Source: Candidatus Ozemobacteraceae bacterium
GTDB lineage: Bacteria > Muiribacteriota > Ozemobacteria > Ozemobacterales > Ozemobacteraceae
Direction: 5' to 3'
NCBI GenBank assembly: GCA_965140445.1
Contig: OZ223236.1
Coordinates: 4,864,001 to 4,928,000 of the forward strand
Length of the DNA stretch: 64,000 nucleotides
Both the position numbers and the translations under genes were made by a program. Under the pieces are notes generated by a model, which searched no databases, was not told the origin of the DNA, and worked only from the letters and a program-made list of their open reading frames with translations. Shown piece after piece: positions 59,776 through 64,000 of the stretch; the stretch's first letter is position 1; the number at the start of each line of letters is the position of its first letter.

Positions 59776-60237
59776 TTAACTCTCCTGTATATCCCGGGGT
59801 AGTTCCCCATCTCTAACTTGCGACAGTGCCTGAGTAGCCATTTGCTGGAGGCGTTCGCTAATCTCATCTCTCATTTCATCAGAAATTCCGACAAAAAGCT
59901 TTTTATGCCAATCTTCGAGCATAGCCCGTATTTTCAATCTCATTCTGGCACCAGTTTTAGTAATAAAAACATGATTTTTTCGATGATCCGTTTCGGAAAC
60001 TTCCCGACGAATGTAACCAGCCTTTTCAAGCCTTTTTATGGCTCTTGCAGTGGTGCCTTTGTCAAAGCACAAAGATTTTGAAATTTCATCCTGGGTCTGC
60101 CCACTACACCGGCCTATATACAATAAAAAAGGATACTGCCCGGCTCCTATGCCGGTACCAGCTAACTCATTATTGATAAACATTTGAGTAGAACGATAAA
60201 TAAGCGCGACCCACTTGCCTGGTAAAAATTTTTGCAT
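59776..60237 (-). CDS. MarR family transcriptional regulator
   Basis: TQDEISKSLCFDKGTTARAIKRLEKAGYIRR...DHR...ITKTG. Confidence 0.95.
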   Translation of the reverse strand: MQKFLPGKWVALIYRSTQMFINNELAGTGIGAGQYPFLLYIGRCSGQTQDEISKSLCFDKGTTARAIKRLEKAGYIRREVSETDHRKNHVFITKTGARMRLKIRAMLEDWHKKLFVGISDEMRDEISERLQQMATQALSQVRDGELPRDIQES

Positions 60238-60275
60238 TCGAATGCCCTTTTCATTGGAACGATAGTGCTCTCTAC

Positions 60276-60297
60276 ATTAGTTGCATATGCAACTAAT
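60276..60297. promoter_or_regulatory. Putative MarR operator
   Basis: Perfect 22-bp palindrome ATTAGTTGCATATGCAACTAAT, 38 nt upstream of the marR-like start. Confidence 0.8.
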
Positions 60298-60420
60298 TTT
60301 CCAATGGATTATAGCAGGCATTCATAAAAAAAAATAGCCAGAAACAAGATAATTTTGCTCCAGCCGATTAATGCCAAATTTTTGCAACAAATTCTAATAG
60401 CTATCTTTTCATGCAATCTG

Positions 60421-61611
60421 CTACTTACTTATTGTTCTTACACACCTGACATAATTGAATACGTAGCGTACATCTCCTTGAGGCCCAAAATACTGGGGGT
60501 AGCTGCTTCTATTTCCAGACTTGGGATCACTTCTTTGTGCTCCGGCGCCATGAACATCCATTAGTCGACGATGCATTCTTCCCTGAGCAGAGCCAAAAGC
60601 AATGTATGCAGCTGAATCAAAAGGATTTCTTCCGTCTAAATGTGTCGTTCCAGTCCAAAAATAAGGAAACTCATTGTTGCCATCTGGATCCTTTATTAAG
60701 GAAACATTAAAAATTGGATCAATTGCGGCAGAATTAGTTGTCTGTGGCGACCGTGAATAATCAACAATGCTTTGCAACTCTTTTGCATTTGGAAGGCGCC
60801 AATCGCTGTATCCAGCCAGCTCAAGATTTTCAGCATAGTTGAGTGCTTTCTGCCACGACTTTCCACTGCAACTATCTGATTTTTGCCACATTAAGCCAGT
60901 TGCAAGATCAGAAATTGTTCCATCATTATTATCTTTAAAATTGTTTAACCCGTATTTTGGATTGCCCCGAACAAATCTAAAATACATTTTATTGGGACGG
61001 CGAGTCCTGGGATTGTATTTTGGATAACCTTTAATTCTGCCATCAACAAAATTGACTCCAAAAATAGTTTCATCATTTCGCATTGTCCTGCCTACATACT
61101 CAGTTGAACTCCATGTCTGAGCATCTATTTCTCTTTCACCTGCATTAGAGTTGCCAATTGGCTGTGTGAAGAATTTTGTATCAATAAATAAAGCGATAGA
61201 TTTCTGCCCTCTCACTTTTCCACTGAACTGAATAAGTGAATACAATTCTTTAATACCAGGAATTCGCCAATCACTGAAACCACCTGTTTTATCCGTCTTA
61301 ACTTTTTGAATAGCTTCAAAAAAACTCATCTTGGGGCCCATTGCTTTTTGCCACATTAATCCAGTCACATTATCAGAGATGGTGCCATCCAGATTATCTC
61401 GATATGAAGGTTGATTACCATTGTAACTTGCATCCTGCCCAAAGAATGGCTGACCCGGCTGAGGTTTTTGAATTATTGAATCATTACTATAAAACAGGGA
61501 AACACCGGTATCTACAATGGGATAGCTTTCTTTTGTCTGAGCGCTTAGCGTCCACGGGAAGAAACATACAACAAGTAAAATGATCCAATCAAAAGCAGTC
61601 CATTTTTTCAT
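60421..61611 (-). CDS. Secreted DUF1566 (Lcl C-terminal) repeat protein
   Basis: Two copies of DN.DGTISD..TGLMWQK...G(F/Y)SDWR(I/L)P..KEL.S; C-terminus YVRCVR; GGAG RBS before ATG 61611. Confidence 0.9.
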   Translation of the reverse strand: MKKWTAFDWIILLVVCFFPWTLSAQTKESYPIVDTGVSLFYSNDSIIQKPQPGQPFFGQDASYNGNQPSYRDNLDGTISDNVTGLMWQKAMGPKMSFFEAIQKVKTDKTGGFSDWRIPGIKELYSLIQFSGKVRGQKSIALFIDTKFFTQPIGNSNAGEREIDAQTWSSTEYVGRTMRNDETIFGVNFVDGRIKGYPKYNPRTRRPNKMYFRFVRGNPKYGLNNFKDNNDGTISDLATGLMWQKSDSCSGKSWQKALNYAENLELAGYSDWRLPNAKELQSIVDYSRSPQTTNSAAIDPIFNVSLIKDPDGNNEFPYFWTGTTHLDGRNPFDSAAYIAFGSAQGRMHRRLMDVHGAGAQRSDPKSGNRSSYPQYFGPQGDVRYVFNYVRCVRTISK

Positions 61612-61657
61612 TTGAATCTCCAAAAAACAAAAAATTGAGTTTTCTTAATCCATTTAT

Positions 61658-63283
61658 TTAATCATTTCGCCTTGAAATCTTTAAATAAAAGCTATCATAA
61701 GGTTTGGGGAAAATAATCCTAAGAGCATAAATTCCACTGACAGGAGCTTTGAAGCTCTCAGCTAATCCAACTTCAAGGCCTTTGGATTCAATGGATTCCC
61801 AAACCTTTCTACCGGATGAGTCAAATACGCCAGCTAAAATTAAACGCGCAAATAGTTTATTTGGTAACTTCCAGCCTTTTAAGTAAGGATTCTTTTCCAT
61901 TTTTACCTGGTAGTTCTTTTTATCAGGTTTCCATTCAACTTCAATTTTTTCTCCAGCTTTCATTGGAAAAAATAGACTAGTCGAACCTCCAGCTCCTAAT
62001 GAATAGCTCAATGTTACCAGGTTCCAGTCATCAAACTTTGGCTGAGGCTCTCTTCCACCTTCTCGTGTAATAAGTTCTCTGTGATTGGATTTTTCGCTGT
62101 AAACGGGTAACCAATTAGCCTTTTGTGCGCTAGCGTTAATTCCACCAACAATAAATCCATATAGCAAGAATAAAATTCCAAGACAGAGCAACGACTCAAA
62201 CAACAATCCAGTTTCCTTGGAATAATTTTCCAATGCCTGGTTTAAATCACAACTAATCGATTTATGGTTAATTCTAGCCTTATCCATCCAGCCATCTGGT
62301 AAATTAACAAGATTCTCAGTCTCACAATAGCCGCAGATAACCAGATGCTTGTCGTGTTTTATTCCCAAAGCTGCTCCACAATTATTGCACAAAGCAGGAC
62401 CACCTGGAATTGCGGGGGGACTTGCAGCAAGTGAAAACTGTAGTTCTTCCAATACAAAAATCTTCCTACGTGCCCGATAGACCAAGGCAAAGGGAACAGC
62501 CAAGAGAATGTATAAAATTAATGCCCTTAAGAGAGCTATGAAAAATGGGCTTACCACATCTGCAAAATTTGCTTTAAAAAAATATCTATAGATTAGTGAA
62601 AGTGGATAAATTGAAAAAAAATCCAGATAATAATGAAAAACACCAAGAAAAATCAAAAAGAATAAGAAAATCAACTTATCTGAAAAATAAGAAAGCAGAT
62701 TTTCAAAATCTGAGGGAAACTTCCCAACCACATCTTTCAATTCAACCACTCTGGACATCTTCCGATTAATTGATTCTCTGGCCGCCATGGCGTCCAGGTA
62801 TATAGCTGGAATATGAACTTTTTTAGAACAATATGGACAATTTATCCATTCATTATGAAGCAAAGGAACAAGCCCCTTACAGTTTCCACAAACAAGAGGT
62901 TTTAACCTGAGTTTTTTAGTTGAAGCGGTCTTGGAAGAAGTAATCGCAGAGAATTTTTCGGGGTTTGCCCCAAGAGTAGTTTTAAAGAGTTGTAAGATAG
63001 CATCTTCATCGCCATCTAAAACCCCGTCAGAAGTAAATTTTAATAAAGTAGCCTGGTATAACTCAGTGGGAGAAAACTTGGTAGAATCACTAATTTTTCC
63101 ATTTTTATAGGCTTTTATAGCATTATTGGCAAGGTCGTTAGCTCTATCTTTATCAATTTTAAAAGCATCAGAAAGCCTTTTTAAAAGCTTGAACTCATCG
63201 CTTGAAATTTTACCATCCTGACAACATTGACAGGCTATTTGATAGAAAAGCTCCTCATATGGCAATTCAAAAATAGCTGTCAT
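61658..63283 (-). CDS. Membrane protein with a TerB-like N-terminus and two zinc ribbons
   Basis: DGKISSDEFKLL and DGVLDGDEDAIL repeats; CGNC..CPYC and CNNC..CGYC; 3 TM segments; GGAGG RBS. Confidence 0.75.
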   Translation of the reverse strand: MTAIFELPYEELFYQIACQCCQDGKISSDEFKLLKRLSDAFKIDKDRANDLANNAIKAYKNGKISDSTKFSPTELYQATLLKFTSDGVLDGDEDAILQLFKTTLGANPEKFSAITSSKTASTKKLRLKPLVCGNCKGLVPLLHNEWINCPYCSKKVHIPAIYLDAMAARESINRKMSRVVELKDVVGKFPSDFENLLSYFSDKLIFLFFLIFLGVFHYYLDFFSIYPLSLIYRYFFKANFADVVSPFFIALLRALILYILLAVPFALVYRARRKIFVLEELQFSLAASPPAIPGGPALCNNCGAALGIKHDKHLVICGYCETENLVNLPDGWMDKARINHKSISCDLNQALENYSKETGLLFESLLCLGILFLLYGFIVGGINASAQKANWLPVYSEKSNHRELITREGGREPQPKFDDWNLVTLSYSLGAGGSTSLFFPMKAGEKIEVEWKPDKKNYQVKMEKNPYLKGWKLPNKLFARLILAGVFDSSGRKVWESIESKGLEVGLAESFKAPVSGIYALRIIFPKPYDSFYLKISRRND

Positions 63284-63504
63284 GATTGCCCTCCAACATT
63301 TGTATATTATTCAGACACCGGTAAAAAAGACGATAATTCATTATTAGCTTTTTCGAAGAAAAAGTCTAGGAAAGTGAAATATCAAGTATACTGGGCATGT
63401 ATCAAACAAAAAACTTAAGATTGGCTGGCAAATCTTAAAATATTCAATTACAAGACTGCTTTATTGCCAGGGCTTAGAACAACTAACGTAGAAGGACAGG
63501 TAAA

Positions 63505-64000
63505 GTGGATATAACCAAAAAGCAATTTATAATATTTATTTTATCAATGTTTGCTCTTGCCGGCTTAATAGCTTTTGCTTTGCCTCCAGAGCGAACTGAC
63601 ACGCAAAACTACCTCACTTCAGATGCAATTTATCTAATACTTTGCTATGGTCTTGCTTTCTTTTTCTTAAAGGAAGAAGCAATTGTTCCAGGCGTTTTAA
63701 CTATATACGGCGGCTCTATACTATTTTGCTTTATTTACTTTTTTATTGCGCCAGTTGAGGCCCCAATAATGCTTGTTCTATTTGTCTGGCCAGCTATTCT
63801 ATTTCAGAAAAAGAAAATTGGCTGCCTAAACCTGGCAATTCTTGGCGCAATACTGATGTTTGTAAGCTTTAACCTACTTGGAAGACCAGCTGTTTTTGCC
63901 CTTCTATTTCCTGTTTGTCATTTGATTTCAATGCGCTTCTCCCCAAATGTTAACGCGCGATTTAGCGGAAATATCTATGATATGGGAAACCTACTCAGCC
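63505..64000 (+). CDS. Hypothetical multi-TM membrane protein (partial, runs off the window end)
   Basis: GTG at 63505 after AAGGACAGG; frame stays open to the end of the window and is highly hydrophobic. Confidence 0.7.
   Translation, partial: MDITKKQFIIFILSMFALAGLIAFALPPERTDTQNYLTSDAIYLILCYGLAFFFLKEEAIVPGVLTIYGGSILFCFIYFFIAPVEAPIMLVLFVWPAILFQKKKIGCLNLAILGAILMFVSFNLLGRPAVFALLFPVCHLISMRFSPNVNARFSGNIYDMGNLLS

Noticed and set aside
60345..60370. ACAA-N15-GCCGATTA sigma28-like motif on the plus strand
   Set aside because: Points antisense into the 3' end of the DUF1566 gene with no credible downstream gene; imperfect match.

Overview
Low-GC bacterial chromosomal window. It opens with a 16S rRNA gene on the minus strand, with tandem sigma70 promoters and a boxA. 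The rest is housekeeping and accessory genes: XdhC, an orphan DNA methyltransferase-divIVA-yggU operon, a Zn-phospholipase C/S1-P1-like secreted hydrolase, an OPT transporter, HEAT and giant TPR proteins, and two paralogous secreted HExxH peptidases with T9SS/FlgD-like C-terminal domains flanking a metalloprotease-glycine-zipper protein. Further on are three SpoIIE/PP2C phosphatases, system II cytochrome c biogenesis genes, a broken TadG-like gene, an Apyc1-like cyclic-nucleotide phosphodiesterase, a degenerate KS-acyltransferase fusion, a putative membrane-anchored toxin-like operon, a MarR-RND-TolC efflux operon and DUF1566/zinc-ribbon proteins. Gene content resembles Candidatus Riflebacteria (inference, not tested). 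I saw no CRISPR array, tRNA or mobile element. The most interesting unannotated signals are: (1) a ~120-nt strand-specific structured RNA in the sigma54-driven leader of the phosphodiesterase gene; (2) several sigma28-like and sigma54-like promoters, including an overlapping divergent pair; (3) an unannotated 47-aa membrane peptide; (4) a cluster of single-base lesions in envelope genes. All family calls come from motif recognition by eye; no database searches were run.
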